In this document: positions 1-13,128 of the stretch, in pieces | Position numbering within the stretch: position 1 is the stretch's first letter | Layout of the letters: the number at the start of each line of letters is the position of its first letter | Source: Patellaria atrata CBS 101060 | Lineage: Eukaryota | Length of the DNA: 64,000 nt | Reading direction: 5' to 3' | Assembly (NCBI GenBank): GCA_010093705.1 | Contig: MU006094.1 | Location: 1,091,550 to 1,155,549 of the forward strand | Notes under the pieces: generated by a model | Database searches by the model: none | Seen by the model: only the letters and a program-made list of their open reading frames with translations | What the model was told of the DNA's origin: nothing | Position numbers and translations under genes: made by a program

Positions 1-1298
1 TTGACTTTGTGCGTCCAAAAAATCCCACGAGGTCCGGGATCGAGTGCCTTTATTTCACATCAGCCCTGCGGACATAAGCTGCGGCCAAGGATAAAGAAAT
101 CACACGAACGGGGACTTCGATATTGCTATATTGTAACTCTACGACACCACCGAGTAACAGGTAGCTTTAAAGTTATCTCAGCACTTTAAAAATTGCCAGC
201 TTCTTCTGCGCCGTCGATCGATCTTGATAGATATTCCCGCAAAGTGCGAATCTCACCGTCACACAGATCTCTTCAATAGTGTACAGATAGCTCCCCGAGC
301 CCCGTCCTTTACGTTCTTTTTTTATTTTTTCCTAATTCACCTTTTTCAGTTTCATTATCAAGGAGGGCCGGTGCCACCTTGCGCTCTTTTGGTGCGATTA
401 TCGAATCGTGGTGCAGTTACTTTGCCGAGATCGGGGAAGTGCTATTTCTCACTAAAAGGCTTCCTACGCTTTAGAAAAAAAAGCAAAAGCAAAGGTCCAA
501 AAACAGTATTGGAGCAAGGCCGTGACGCCTCACGGTCTATCATTGTTGCTGTTGTGCACTTGTGTGCCTCTCTAACCGAGGAATTTAACCGTCACACTGG
601 ACTCGTGAGAGTCTCGTGGGGCCCGTGGGAAAGTCTCCCTTTCTTCACCCCGGTTGGATCTGCAGCGCATCATTGCCCCGTCCACCCTTACCCTGTAACG
701 CCTCATTCCTCGAACGGTTGGATAGCCGGCGCTGTATAGATTGACAGGACCAGGCATCTTTGGCGGATCTCCGTCCCTGCTCCCTTGCCCGACCACGCCG
801 ACTACTCAAGATAGACAAGACTCCTAGCAAAGAGTAAAACCGTTCAAGGGCCGCTCAAGGGCGCATATGACCAACTTCTCCCTTTACAGTAACATCTGCA
901 CTGCCGTTGAGGGGACAAGTGTGGGCACGGCTCCTCCCAGATAATAACGGTTCGCTTCCTCCAAACGTCGACCCATCACCGCCGCCCAGGCCATCGTTGT
1001 CTGATCCGTGCTACTGGTGACGGCGACGTCTAACTCCCTGATCTTTACCTTTCACAGATCGTATACCTACAGTACTTGTACAAGAACACTCCTGCGGGCC
1101 CAAGCCTCTTTTCTCGCTTCTTAATAGCCTCCTCTTGTTTGGCCTCAAGTCCTGTTCGTTAACCTCAGCTATCATTCCTTCAACTGCTTTCGCTAGCCGT
1201 TGTTGTAACTTGAACTTTTCTATCTCTGCCTTCTTGTTGCAGAGTGGGCTTGTTGCTCGAGTATTGCTTTTGGTTAACGTTGCTGTTCTCTATGAGAT

Positions 1299-2434
1299 AT
1301 GCATTTGTCGAGTATGGTACAGAACGGGAGGGATGAACGTCGTGAGGCGCACGATCCCATTCACCAACGACAACTTCATTATTATTCTCAAACTCAAAAC
1401 AAACCGCTTCATTCGCAACACGACATCGTTTCTGCACTTGCTTCGAATCAGTTTGCATCCCAACAGCAGTTGGAATATTCATACCACCAGCGCACCCCTC
1501 AGTCCCCTCCTTCGCCACCCGTAGAAGAGGTTAACAAGCCCTCACTACCTTCGATTTCGAGTCTGCTCGGAATAGCGGATGGTGACCGAGCGAACGGTGA
1601 GAGTGGTATGTAGACGAGAGTATATTCTCGAGAAACTTTTATTAACATCTGTTAGGGCAAAATCAACAACAACACTCTGCAGTGTCACAAAACGTGGTAG
1701 CGGCTGGACAGACACAGGAAACTCGACCTGATCAAACTCCTCAATCTTTTGGCCACACGATCGTGAGCAACCCCAGAATGACTTTACCGCCAACTCCTCC
1801 TATGCAGCCGGATTCCGTCGTTGACGGCAATCAGTCTCCTTCCGCCACCTCGCAGTCGTCAATATCTGCGGCTCCTTATTATCTCGGTTCCTCTCTCAAC
1901 AACATGGAACCACACCAGCAGCGCCAAAATGTACCGACCGTATCAGATACCAAGCGACACCATTCAATGACCATTCATTCGGGTGTTTCTCCTTATAGTA
2001 CCTCGCCGTACGCCACTTCCCCTTATGGATCTTCACCGGGTGCCGCCTCAACAGCTGGCTCATTCTATTCTCCTGACAGCCAAGTATATACTTCATCAGC
2101 CTTGTATCAGCAACGGCCCCTTCCATCAAACTTTCCACCCCCAGTTCCAATCAACCCAGAGACGTCGAACAATCCTTGGCAACATCACCATTATATTAGC
2201 GCGTCTAGTCAAGCTGCATTTCCGCAATCCCAGGATCGTTACATCTGCCAAACGTGTAATAAAGCGTTTTCCAGACCGAGCAGCCTAAGAATACATAGCC
2301 ATAGCCATACAGGCGAAAAACCATTCAAATGCCCACACGCTGGATGTGGGAAGGCCTTTAGCGTTCGAAGTAATATGAAGAGACACGAACGAGGATGCCA
2401 TGCTACGGGATCAACTCCGGCACCAAACCCATAA
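1299..2434 (+). CDS. mtfA: C2H2 zinc-finger transcription factor, MtfA-like; exons 1299-1605, 1656-2434
   Basis: Two C-terminal fingers DRYICQTCNKAFSRPSSLRIHSHSHTGEKPFKCPHAGCGKAFSVRSNMKRHERGCH, plus WQHHHY, LPPTPP and SLPSISSLL motifs as in Aspergillus MtfA. Intron GTATGT..TTAAC..TAG (1606-1655) joins the two ORFs in frame. Confidence 0.85.
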
Positions 2435-5400
2435 AGTAGTAATTATACCATATGTCTAAGAAGGCAGAACACTTGAGGAAGATCGAGGAGATTCTATCCC
2501 TCCGCTAGGCATTGAAAGGGACTATTACATAGCATCCGTAGCATGATGCTTCTGTCTATTCCGAGTTTTGAGACGCTCTATACCACTGCACTTGTCCGGC
2601 GCTAGGCTTTTTTTTTCTATACTTGCGCATCTCACGGGAGTTTGGGGACCTTGGGATGGCGTCATTTACTCAAAATGAATGATCTCTTCATACGAGATTC
2701 TGAATCATGGCTGTATACCTTTTCCTGTTATGTGCTCTTTCCACTAAGATTAAAGATTGGTGTAATCACTTTGGGGATTGCTAAGATATCACTTTCATTA
2801 CTGTACATTAGTAACACTAGCATGAAAAGCTGTAGCTTGCAGTTCTGCATCTGAAATCAAATCGATTATTGCACATATGAGACTCTATTTCTCAATTTTC
2901 CAATAGTGTTACCATGCGCCTGGTGACGAGTTTGGTAAGTGTATCTCACTGTTCCTAGATATGTATCTTGGTTCTTCTCTGCTAACTTGATGAAATAGTA
3001 ACCGCTCCCTGTAACAAGTAGACCTATTAGACGCAGACGGCGATTGTATCGGCTTCTGAATCGGGTCTTAAGTCTCAAGCAGCCGTAACAGATGCTAAAA
3101 AGGATGAGTGCTCCTGCATTTTATAGCCCTGAAGGCCCTTTATGGAGTCGTATCCAAATGTTGCTCAAGTCGTCGCACCGCACACCCGGTATCACTTTAC
3201 AGAAACTGGATTTGGCATGTAGCACACCGTTCTGGCATTATTCCTGGCAGTGGCACTACCCATTTCACCACAGCAGCCTCGTCCAACAATATCCTAGAAT
3301 GATAAACGATCATGATCTACAGCGTCTAGGGCTTCTTTGGAGAGAACGATGTCGCCTTACCCCAGTATAACTCTGCTAGAGCAAGCTACAGTATTGCTTA
3401 AGGGATCCTCGTTAACATGGCGGCAGACTCAATAGAACGGGGATTCCTTTACTCCACCAACGAGATGGCTGCGAATCACGCCTTTTTTGACGAATACAGC
3501 ACGCGATACGGGAAGTCGCTCGAGGTCCACCAACCGCTAGGACCGAAGTCCAGCGACCAGCTCGGTAACATGCATAAGGCCGTCTCTATTAAAGACGCCT
3601 GACAGAATGTCGTTTGCTCACTAACGAACTATTGAAACTACTGGTCCTAGTCTCCGAGAGCATTTGTTTAAACGTTGACCCATATGGAGATCTCCTCCTA
3701 GCGAATCCTCTATAAAAGTTAAGACGCATAGGAGGAAAGCGAAGCGAGGAGACCTGCAGGCACAAATAGCATCGGACGTCGGGAAATGGTCGTTAACTCA
3801 CTATCGGAGCTCAGATTACTGTATTGACAAGGCGTCAAAGGGGTGGTGTTTTCTTGCATTTTCAATTGGCAACGAAGGCCGTCAGTGACGGTCAGTGAAG
3901 GGGAAACATATAGCGGAAAGCGGCGATAAAATCAAATCCGGTTAGAGGTTCCTATTTCAGTGCTGACTTTTCAAGATAGTATCCAATGAATGATGTGTTA
4001 TTTTTCTTGGAGTTCCCTTGGTGTTTGTTTGATTGTTTTCCCCAGGCAAGTGGTGCCCCGGAGTGCATCCCATGTTCGGCTTGTCCCGCGAATGCATTGC
4101 TCCAGGTTTCCCACTACCTGTCCACCTACTGCCCACCTCCCAGTTCTTCCACCGTCCACCGCTGAGACCGCTCCCCACGCCAATTCGGATTCTCTGACCG
4201 CATCTGCCGGAGGACTGTATGAATCCCGAACGAAAGACGCTGTCCTCTTACTTTCCTCCAGTTTTGAATCATGACATGTTGCAGCAGGTTGTCGAGGAAC
4301 AAACGTTGCACCGTAGCGATGTCCCGTCTTTTGCGGCTTCGCCAAACCTGCTGAGCGACTAGTAAAACTGTGCATCTGCAAGGCACTTACGCCAGCAATG
4401 CGGTGGTTATGCGCCGGGCAATTGAGGCCAGCAACAGGGCACGAGGGATATGACGGGACTTGAGGAAGATCTTGAACCAGAATTGAGGTAAAGTTCTGTT
4501 CATCTTATCCTTCGCGAAGACGGCTAGAACTATATCAACGTGGCCCAACTACGATATACGCAAGAAAGTTTTCGTTGTGGCTTGTGAGCACCCGAGACAT
4601 CTAGCAAAACCATGGACATCAAAGCAAACCCTATCATCGTACCCCGGGATAGATATTCGCAGAGTCAGAACTTCCTACGGAAAATGATTTTTTGCTTCGC
4701 TTGCCGTCTTGCATCACACCGCGGCTTGTCAAAGGGTGTTCCTGGGTGTTGCATTGTGTTACTAAAATAGGACTGGAATAGGTACGGTAGTAGCGATAGT
4801 GCATGGAATATATTGCAGACCACCAATTACGATACGAACTCTGTGGCAACTGCATTACATGTTAAAAGAAAACATCTCTGCCGAATGTGGAGGAACCCGT
4901 TATGGACGACGTCGAATATCGTATTTCAATCACAGGACTGGATCATTGCTCCTGCCTCCCTTCCCTTCCAGATGCAATTACACGACGGGTCATGGATCCT
5001 CTCAATATGGCCACGCATAGGAAACAAAGAATCAACCGCACGGGTGATCTACCCGATGCCGCATTTCTTCGATCTGTATCTACTTTTTACAGTACAGTAC
5101 AGCTATCGGTTGGGCACTCAGGCGTGTCAGGATGGCAACAAGCATCGAGCAACATAATAGCCCAAAGCTGTCTCTTACAAGTTACAACGGACAAAACGCT
5201 CGTCCCTCGAACAACGACCGCAAAAAGCTTGGGTTATCCCGTGACCCAAAAACAACACGGAAATAAGGTGACCAGTAGCATATCGATATTGTTTCCTATT
5301 GTAGGTATTCTGTTCTCCTATTTCCGCCAAAGATTTCTTGGAAGCAATGCATTATACATGCAGATCCGAATTTTCGTCTCCTGGAGGATTCTGATCCAAT

Positions 5401-8400
5401 ATTCATGCCCTCATTATTCAGAATTGAGAACCGCAGCTTGTGTTACCAATGTACGATATCGGCTCGTTGATTTCCGATTTTATGCCGTCATTTTAGTAGG
5501 GAACTTGATAGAGAATAGGCAATTAATAGAACTACAGTATTGACTTTCGTAGTTTGAATTATTAGAACACTAAGCATTGAGCAATCACCATCCAATGTCT
5601 CCCCCATAGTCTCGCTGCTCTGTCTCGTGTTGTTGACTTCTGTTCAGGAACTTCGGGAGCAGTTCGCGACGCCGAGTCAGTGATTCCGTCTCAAGAAGCG
5701 ATAGAAACTCCACACTTCCATACCTGCGGCTCCAACCACGACATACCTAACCAGCCACCGTCAGCAACTTCGCATCATCGTACTGCGCAATAATAGCCAC
5801 AGTGAGCGAGTCGTCGTCCCGAAGACGATTCTCTAGATCTACCATACGCAATCCTTTCGCCTACAAGGCGCGCCAGCGGAGAGACCTCAAGCAAGATTTG
5901 TATGAAAACCGCCAATTCATGACCTCTTACGTCCATCAGTTGACTTGACGGGCTGGGAAGATCCCTCAAAGTAGTATTCTCTGAGTTGGACGCCTGACTG
6001 GCATGCAGCGCGATTCTGCAAGAGGATACGCTTTATGGCTGTCTATAATCGCGACATCTACCCCTTCGAAGCGGCCTTGGAATTAATTCCAAAAGTACGT
6101 CTTACAGCGTCCGACACTTCGAAACCCTTTCGACGGCTAGTATCCAGAATGGGACACTCAACAAATCCTGAGAACAGATCATAGCTTCTGCAGCAGGGCC
6201 GTAAACGACCCGTCGGTATCTCGAATACCCAGTTCTAACAATCAGTCTTTTGGATGTTCGTCCTCGTCTCAGAAACTACTCTATCCACCTTCCTCTGTTC
6301 ACACTGTTGCCGCAGTCGAGGTGCAGATCTTACCCTACCACCTATCAAAATCGCAGCTAAGTATGACGGGTGCACTCGACGAACCGCGTGGCAACGTCCG
6401 GGAGTAAGATTTTGCCCATTCTTTCATTCCCGGAGGCGGAAAACGTCGCCGTCGGACGGTGGGCACTGTTCTGCAAGGTCATTTGAGTGGGTGCTTGAGC
6501 TACACTGAGGTTACTTTGTCCACGTCACTCATTGGAATGGGAGTGGAAAGGGGAGACTTGAGAAATCAGACGTGAACCAAGCTGTTCGTTATACGCAATT
6601 TTGAGAAACGGAAAGGTAATCTCGAGGTTCTAGTAAAAAGATGTAATGAGATCAGTCTGTTCATGAGGTAACTATTATTAGGTGTTGTCCCCCCGTGGAG
6701 GAACCTGTAGAATCCGTTACTCCTCGCCTGGAGTGTTTGAGTGAGCACAGAGGTATTCGCAATCGATTCTCTAATGTGGCTCAGCGGCCGTGCTGGTAGA
6801 GACACCTCAGTGTGGCCACGTTGAACGAAAAGCCCCCTCTAGGTCCTCCAGCTCCGGCACATACGCACACATACACACACACAGTAAGGACCAAAGCAAA
6901 TCGCCCCATTCCTTGATAATACGAGCTGCTCCAGTACATTCTCTACTCAACATAGCCACCCCCCCTCCCTCCCCCCTTTTTTTTTTGCTCTACCATACAC
7001 CTGATATACACCAGTATGGGTTTAAAGAGCAGCACACCACGCATTCCCGTCCATACTCCACAACTTACTCCCTAACAGCCCCAGAGTCCATTCAAACTAC
7101 CCGCCTCATTGCTGCTCCGCGGGAAGCTTAAACAGGAGGCTTACAAGCTACTCTTACGTTGGGTCATGAGCTACTTAGTATTGCTCCCTCAGGATGCCAT
7201 ATATATTGCACATATGTCTTAAGTAGTCAGCAGCGGATGTACTATGCCCGATGATTATGACTATTACTCATGTACGACCGGGTGCTATGTGGCCATCGAT
7301 TGAGAGATGATCGAGACGTTATGTCCGTTTCTATAAAGGTAGGTCGAGACGAGGACCATGTTGTCAATTTAACCCGCGTACCTTTTCATCATAGGGGAGG
7401 TATGTATGTGAATTAGGGGTGTGTGCGTACCACTGGCCCCCGAAAGGTTGGATCTGGTCCTGCCCTTTGTGAGTGTGCCTTGGTTGGATAGAGTTCGGTT
7501 AAGGTAGAGGTGGACTTGCTCTATCTTCCGTTTTCGTAGAGAATGCTTGTGATATTTAGGCACGCATCTTGTCCTTGAGTATCCTGTAACGCGTGATTGC
7601 GGATGATGGACATAGTGTCCCTCCGCTCGCAATATGGTGTTTTCTTTACTTGAAGACCGCGAGGAGTTCTTTTGTTATAACTACATGTAACGTACAATTT
7701 ATTCACTCTCTTTATCTTTGAATGATAGCAATTTGGTCATCGTGTAACCAGTATATGTAGAGTTAAATGACGCATTACTTTCCAACTCCTTCCAATATCA
7801 ACATCGAACTGCAAGTATAAACGACCATTCACTTTATCCAATTTGAAACCCGTAAATGAAAGAGGGACCGGTGTCAGTTCTTCAATCCCAGGGTTAGCTC
7901 AGTAGATATGTCCAAGTATGAGGTGAGAAAGAACTGTAGCCGTGACGAAGAAAGTAGGTGTGCTTTATTACTGGACTCTTAGTGTTCTGAATATGACATG
8001 CTGGAAGCAATATCTTTATTTTTGCGGCTACGGAATCAACTCTTGTGGTTTGAGGATAGACATTTCCATAAGGGTGAAACTCGAATAAAAGACATCTGAA
8101 TCATTCCCAACGCGTCATATCCTCACCACTCAAGCATACAACGAGGTGTTCCAAACACTTACCACACACACACCCACCACAATCCGTCCCCATCCCCTTC
8201 ACTAAAACCACCCCCAAAGCTTCCTTAACTCAGCCCTCTCCACCGAACTCCTCCATTATAGCGATACGGCCGAGTCCGTGTGGGCAACAAAGTAACTTGA
8301 TTATGTACCGTCTTTCCTGTAATATTTCCACTAGTCACTTCAAGGCCCAGTGTTCTAGCCACACTGACGATGAATTGCGCTAGGATAGTAGAGAAATCTG

Positions 8401-8783
8401 GTTGCTGGGTTTAGTTTTTCTGTCTGGAAGTTTTGATTTGTGGCTTTTTTTCTTTTGGTTTGGGGTGGGGGGTGTGCTGTGTTTGATATGATGTTTTTTG
8501 GGGGGCGGGTAGAAGGGGGTGAGAGTGGAAGAAGAAGTGTGGAAGGTTGTTTTTGTGGACTGTGTAGACGAGAGGAGACGTGTTCTTTGCTTGAACGTAG
8601 ATATCATGTTTTGATAAAGACTCCATTGTATGAACTTAACTACTTGATTCTCTGCCCTCACACAGTCTCACTCAACCTCGGATTCTCATATACTCATTAG
8701 CACATCACAAATAACTTAGCGCACATCATTCTCCTCTGTTTACGTCCAATACTCCCCGTAAACGCTCAGCAACTCGTCAAAAC

Positions 8784-9524
8784 CTACAACTCGTAACCCA
8801 ACAAACTCCAACCCTTCTTTTCCCCCGGCAACCTCGCCTCCTCAATCTCCTCTAGCGTGACGTTCCTCCACACCTCCCCTGGAATCCAACCAATGTAAGC
8901 CACATTCCCGAACCCGCCAATCCAATACACCTCATCCACGACCAGTCTAACCCACTTGCTCTCATGAATCCTGTTCCCCGGCAACCACCACACAGCATCC
9001 TTATGATTCTTCACAAAGCATTTACTCAGCTCCTTCGCCTCGATAAGGGACGGGTCGATATTCTCAAGATGCCCGATGAGTGACAGCCGTGGCATGGCGG
9101 CCGCGCTGTAAGTCTTGTACGGCGCGTGCCAGCGCAGAGACAACGTGATGTTGGACCCCGCGGCGACGTTTTTGAAACTGGTTGCGATGGTTATGGCGAG
9201 GAGGGTGGGATTGCCGGTTGAGGGCTCGCAGTCCGCTATGTAGTCCATCAAACCGACTGGGGTACCGGCAACGGAGGGGGGGCGGTTCTCTAGGGTGAAT
9301 GCATCGTGGGAGGAGGAGGAGGGGAAGATGGTAGAGAGTGTCCCGATGCTTTCGAGATGGAGGATTCGCCGGCCTAGGACGGCGGAGTCATGGACAGTGG
9401 GGAAGGTGGTGGTGGAGAGCTCGGCGGGGTTGGGGCCGTGGGAATTGGGGTTGGAGAAGAGGTACTGGGGAGAGAGAGAGAAAGCAGCCGAGAGGGGGAG
9501 GATAGGGAGGATAGTGAGGCGCAT
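8784..9524 (-). CDS. Secreted pyridoxamine 5'-phosphate oxidase-like / CREG-family FMN-binding split-barrel protein
   Basis: Intronless 246-aa ORF with an N-terminal signal-like segment, GTLSTIFP, GLMDYIADC, PRLSLIG and YWIGGFGNVAYIGWIP motifs. Confidence 0.8.
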   Translation of the reverse strand: MRLTILPILPLSAAFSLSPQYLFSNPNSHGPNPAELSTTTFPTVHDSAVLGRRILHLESIGTLSTIFPSSSSHDAFTLENRPPSVAGTPVGLMDYIADCEPSTGNPTLLAITIATSFKNVAAGSNITLSLRWHAPYKTYSAAAMPRLSLIGHLENIDPSLIEAKELSKCFVKNHKDAVWWLPGNRIHESKWVRLVVDEVYWIGGFGNVAYIGWIPGEVWRNVTLEEIEEARLPGEKKGWSLLGYEL

Positions 9525-10218
9525 GATAGTATAGGGTATGGTATAAATATCGTAGAGATGGATATAGAAAGAGAAAAGTCGCGCTCAATGAGCTTATGCT
9601 CAGATATGTACAGAGGAGAAGTGCTGTCAAGGTTGATAGAAGGTTAGAGACCTGCTTGAGAAGTATCTCATGACCAGTTCCGAAGCTCGGCTATTGCTTG
9701 TCAAAAAGAATCATTGCTCGTACGATCGAAGAACAGCTAAGAACGCCAAATAGACAAACAACCTGCTTGGAATTTGCACTATTACAGCGTTAATAACGCT
9801 ATAGGGAGTCGATATACGGTGTTGGCAAGACTTGACGTTGCGTGCTCTGATTCAATGATCCGCTTGATCTTATCTTGTCTGATCTTCCATCTCCATTGTC
9901 CTTTCCCACGTGATCCACAACCTTGGGCGACAGAGCTTGGCATTCTTCGGCAACATCCAAATCCCACTCCAAATTTGACTCACAGCGTTTTACGACGATC
10001 TATCCATCGACAACACCGCAAGGTCTAACCAGAACATCTTCATTCGAACCAGTATGTAATCCTACATTCAGAGATTGGTCTTTTAGTCGAAATTATCATC
10101 TTCGAGATTCGCATCCGCCGAGTAGTGCACCTAGAGAACGCTATAGCTAACAATATTCGCCACTTGCAGACTCCTTTCGAATCGACGACTGTCCTCAAGT
10201 TCGATCGCATAATTCAAT

Positions 10219-10589
10219 ATGGGAAAAGTTCACGGAAGTTTGGCGCGTGCCGGAAAGGTCAAGTCTCAGACCCCAAAGGGTGAGTAGAGACCGCACCAAA
10301 TAATTCGGAAGGCATGGAAGCTGCTGTATTGAAGCTGCCTGTAGAAAGCATTCCCAATATTCATCACCGGCGATGTATTCTAGGACGAGAGGCTAATGAT
10401 TCCGATAGTTGAGCCACAGGAGAAGAAGAAGACTCCCAAGGGTCGTGCTAAGAAGAGAATCACATACACCCGCCGCTTCGTCAACGTTACGTTGACCGGA
10501 GGCAAGAGAAAGGTGTGCAATACTCATATATTGAATTGGTACAGTGAATTAACCAATGGCTATAGATGAACCCCAACCCAACCTCATAG
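10219..10589 (+). CDS. RPS30: 40S ribosomal protein S30 (eS30); exons 10219-10279, 10409-10512, 10566-10589
   Basis: Splices to [62 protein letters not shown] with canonical GT-AG introns. Absent from the ORF track. Confidence 0.97.
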
Positions 10590-11428
10590 GTGTTGCAACT
10601 GTCATCTGGGGAGGACGGGATATGCCTGGGTGGATATGATGCTTACTTTATGGTGATACGGGAGGGGAATTACGGTCATGGATCAGAGCAACCGAAGTCG
10701 GGGCAAGATGGCTGTGTATATGTTGCCGGATCGATGGCTTTGCGCTTTGAGAGGAAGGGCATATTTCGGCGTATGATATACGTTCGGGTCTTTCGTGGAG
10801 CTTCAATCCTAACTGGCTTCTTCACTTCTTCGCAATTCTTTTTCCCATGTGAAAATGTGTCATGTGCGCATCTGCAAGTTTTATATTTGTGTAAGGGCTG
10901 GAAACTCTATCGGCATTGATATTGAGTTCAAGGGCTATAGGAGCGAGAATATGACTTTCATATATCGCTAGGCATGTTGATACTTGATTCATTGTTCGTA
11001 TCTGAGTTTTCCTTTCTTCTAGTAGCGTACACTTTGAAGTACTCCTGAGTGAAAAGCACTCGTGTTGGACTTGGAGGAATACAGAAATTGACAATGCCAT
11101 TTTCTCGTCTATTTCAAGGGTTGTAGTAATGCATACTCCCATTTCTACCATTCAAAACGACTGAATATTACTGAGTTTGTACGGAGTATACTAAACGATA
11201 CCTTTGTAATATTCGGGTTGAGGTTGCACTACGATATTTATCTACTTAGGGCTGGATTCCAAATAAGGTTAGTTTAGCATACCATGGATTCTGATAATCT
11301 AGCACGCACCACCTTGAACGTCACTTGCCAAGCTTGCACCTTAGCTCAACTACGACTTCACCTCTGTTTCCCAAAGATCATATTATCAGATGTAAAGTTC
11401 CTCACGAATCCCGATTCTCCCATTAGAT

Positions 11429-12028
11429 ATGTCCTTTATCAAGAAACTCTTCGCCGAAGTAATGCTTTCCTCCCCTTGCCCCATTTTCTACTGACGTTAT
11501 TTAGGCCGGCGCTCGCGACGTCGTAACTCTGTTCCATAAACAGTCCTCGCCCGCCTCCATTCGCGTCCATACAATCCTTAAACAAGCCGCTGCTACTGCT
11601 GCGGCACATTCTACAGAAGATCAAGCGAGCAGTCATGAAAGTCAGAGCAAAGCGGAGCGAGTGGAGTTTGATCTGGATGTAGTGGAGCAACCACCAACAA
11701 GTGATCAATTGAAGAGTATACTAGAGTATCTAGGCTCAGGTTCGGCAGGAAAGGTAGTGAAAGGGGCGAGTGACGAAGGAGATGCGCTCAAAAAGTTGAA
11801 ACAGAATGGGGATGCTTTTCAAAGGCCTGTGGTAAGGTTGATGGTTGGTATTTAGAGGGACGTACGCTGACGGGATTTAGGTTGTGAATTGGAACAAGGG
11901 GAAAGCAGGTATGTTGTCTTCTGTATTTGAATTGATTGTATGCTCATGGGAATGATATAGTTATGGGTGAGAACGAGTCTGAGATTCTAAGGTTACTTAA
12001 GGAGATACCCGAGGAGACCAAATCGTAG
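11429..12028 (+). CDS. Fmp46/DUF1687-like thioredoxin-fold protein; exons 11429-11458, 11505-11831, 11881-11908, 11961-12028
   Basis: Spliced product contains DVVTLFHKQSSPASIRV, FDLDVVEQPPTSDQLKSIL and FQRPVVVNWNKGKAV, typical of the family. Three canonical introns preserve frame. Confidence 0.8.
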
Positions 12029-13128
12029 ATCTCATGCGGTCTGAGGGATTGTATAATAGCATTGGGGTCTCAGATTCTTGCACTGAGGTGAAAGGAAAGC
12101 GATGTGGTAGAAAGGCGCCACAACTCTACATTGTACAAACTAACTACTGCTTTCACTATTATCCACTAACGTCAAGCTTAAACGTCGCAATCAAATTATG
12201 GTCTGGCCTTTTCTACGTTCACTGATCTTTGACCGCCCTGGATCTAAATATGTCTCTGGTTCATACGTGTCTCACTATTTCTGTTGAATTGTGTTTGTTC
12301 GACCGTATCACGGTCTATGGCGATCAAACTTAAAATAAATGCGTGTAGGTTCCCGCTCAGCAAAAAATTAAGAATTTGATACAGTCATTTATCTTATAGA
12401 GTTCACTTATTTGTCACTACTTCGATAGTCCTATACACTCCAATCGTGTGTATGCTCTAGTCGTTCTATACCGTCTGCACGATGCACAGCGCTTTCGTTT
12501 GTAAAGGCGCTCCTACTATATAGTGTAATACTTCTTCACATTCATATTGTTCTTTGCAGTATATTCATTGTTGCTGAAGCCCCTTTTCCTCCTTCCGCTC
12601 CTCTGTACAATCCGACCAACAAAGTGCGGCTGTACAACCCGTCGAATCTATCCACGGGGTTTGGGGGGTGTATCACCCACCTATAATATATGTGGAGAGA
12701 AAATTTTAACATGTGATCATGCTGGCGAGTTTTTGTGCTTAGGTGTTGAACTTTTCCTTTCACGTGTGTCTTGAATAGACTAATGTGATAATTGTGAATT
12801 CTTCACTTTACGATGTTTTGGGGGGTTTGAGTCATGTGTTCCGTTCACGTTCTTTGGGAAGGTGCGATGTTAGGTTCGTGACTTCCAAAATATATGGACC
12901 CTGCGTCTTAATTTTCTCGAGCTCTTAGACCAAACACACAGAATCAACCTCAGATTTGTTGTGTTTCTCACCCTTACTCTTTATGTTTACCACCACCAGA
13001 ACGTAATCGCCATCAACCTCTGTCTTGTCCACCTCTGAGGTCACAACATCGATACGCTCTATAAGCTTCTTCGTTTTCCTTTCGCTTTACATCTTCCAAA
13101 ATCAAATTTATCGCTGCCTGCGCTCACC

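Noticed and set aside
2500..8700. Many 60-218 aa ORFs downstream of mtfA (e.g. 4887-5543)
   Set aside because: No recognisable motifs, often non-ATG starts, and no consistent splice model; treated as intergenic.
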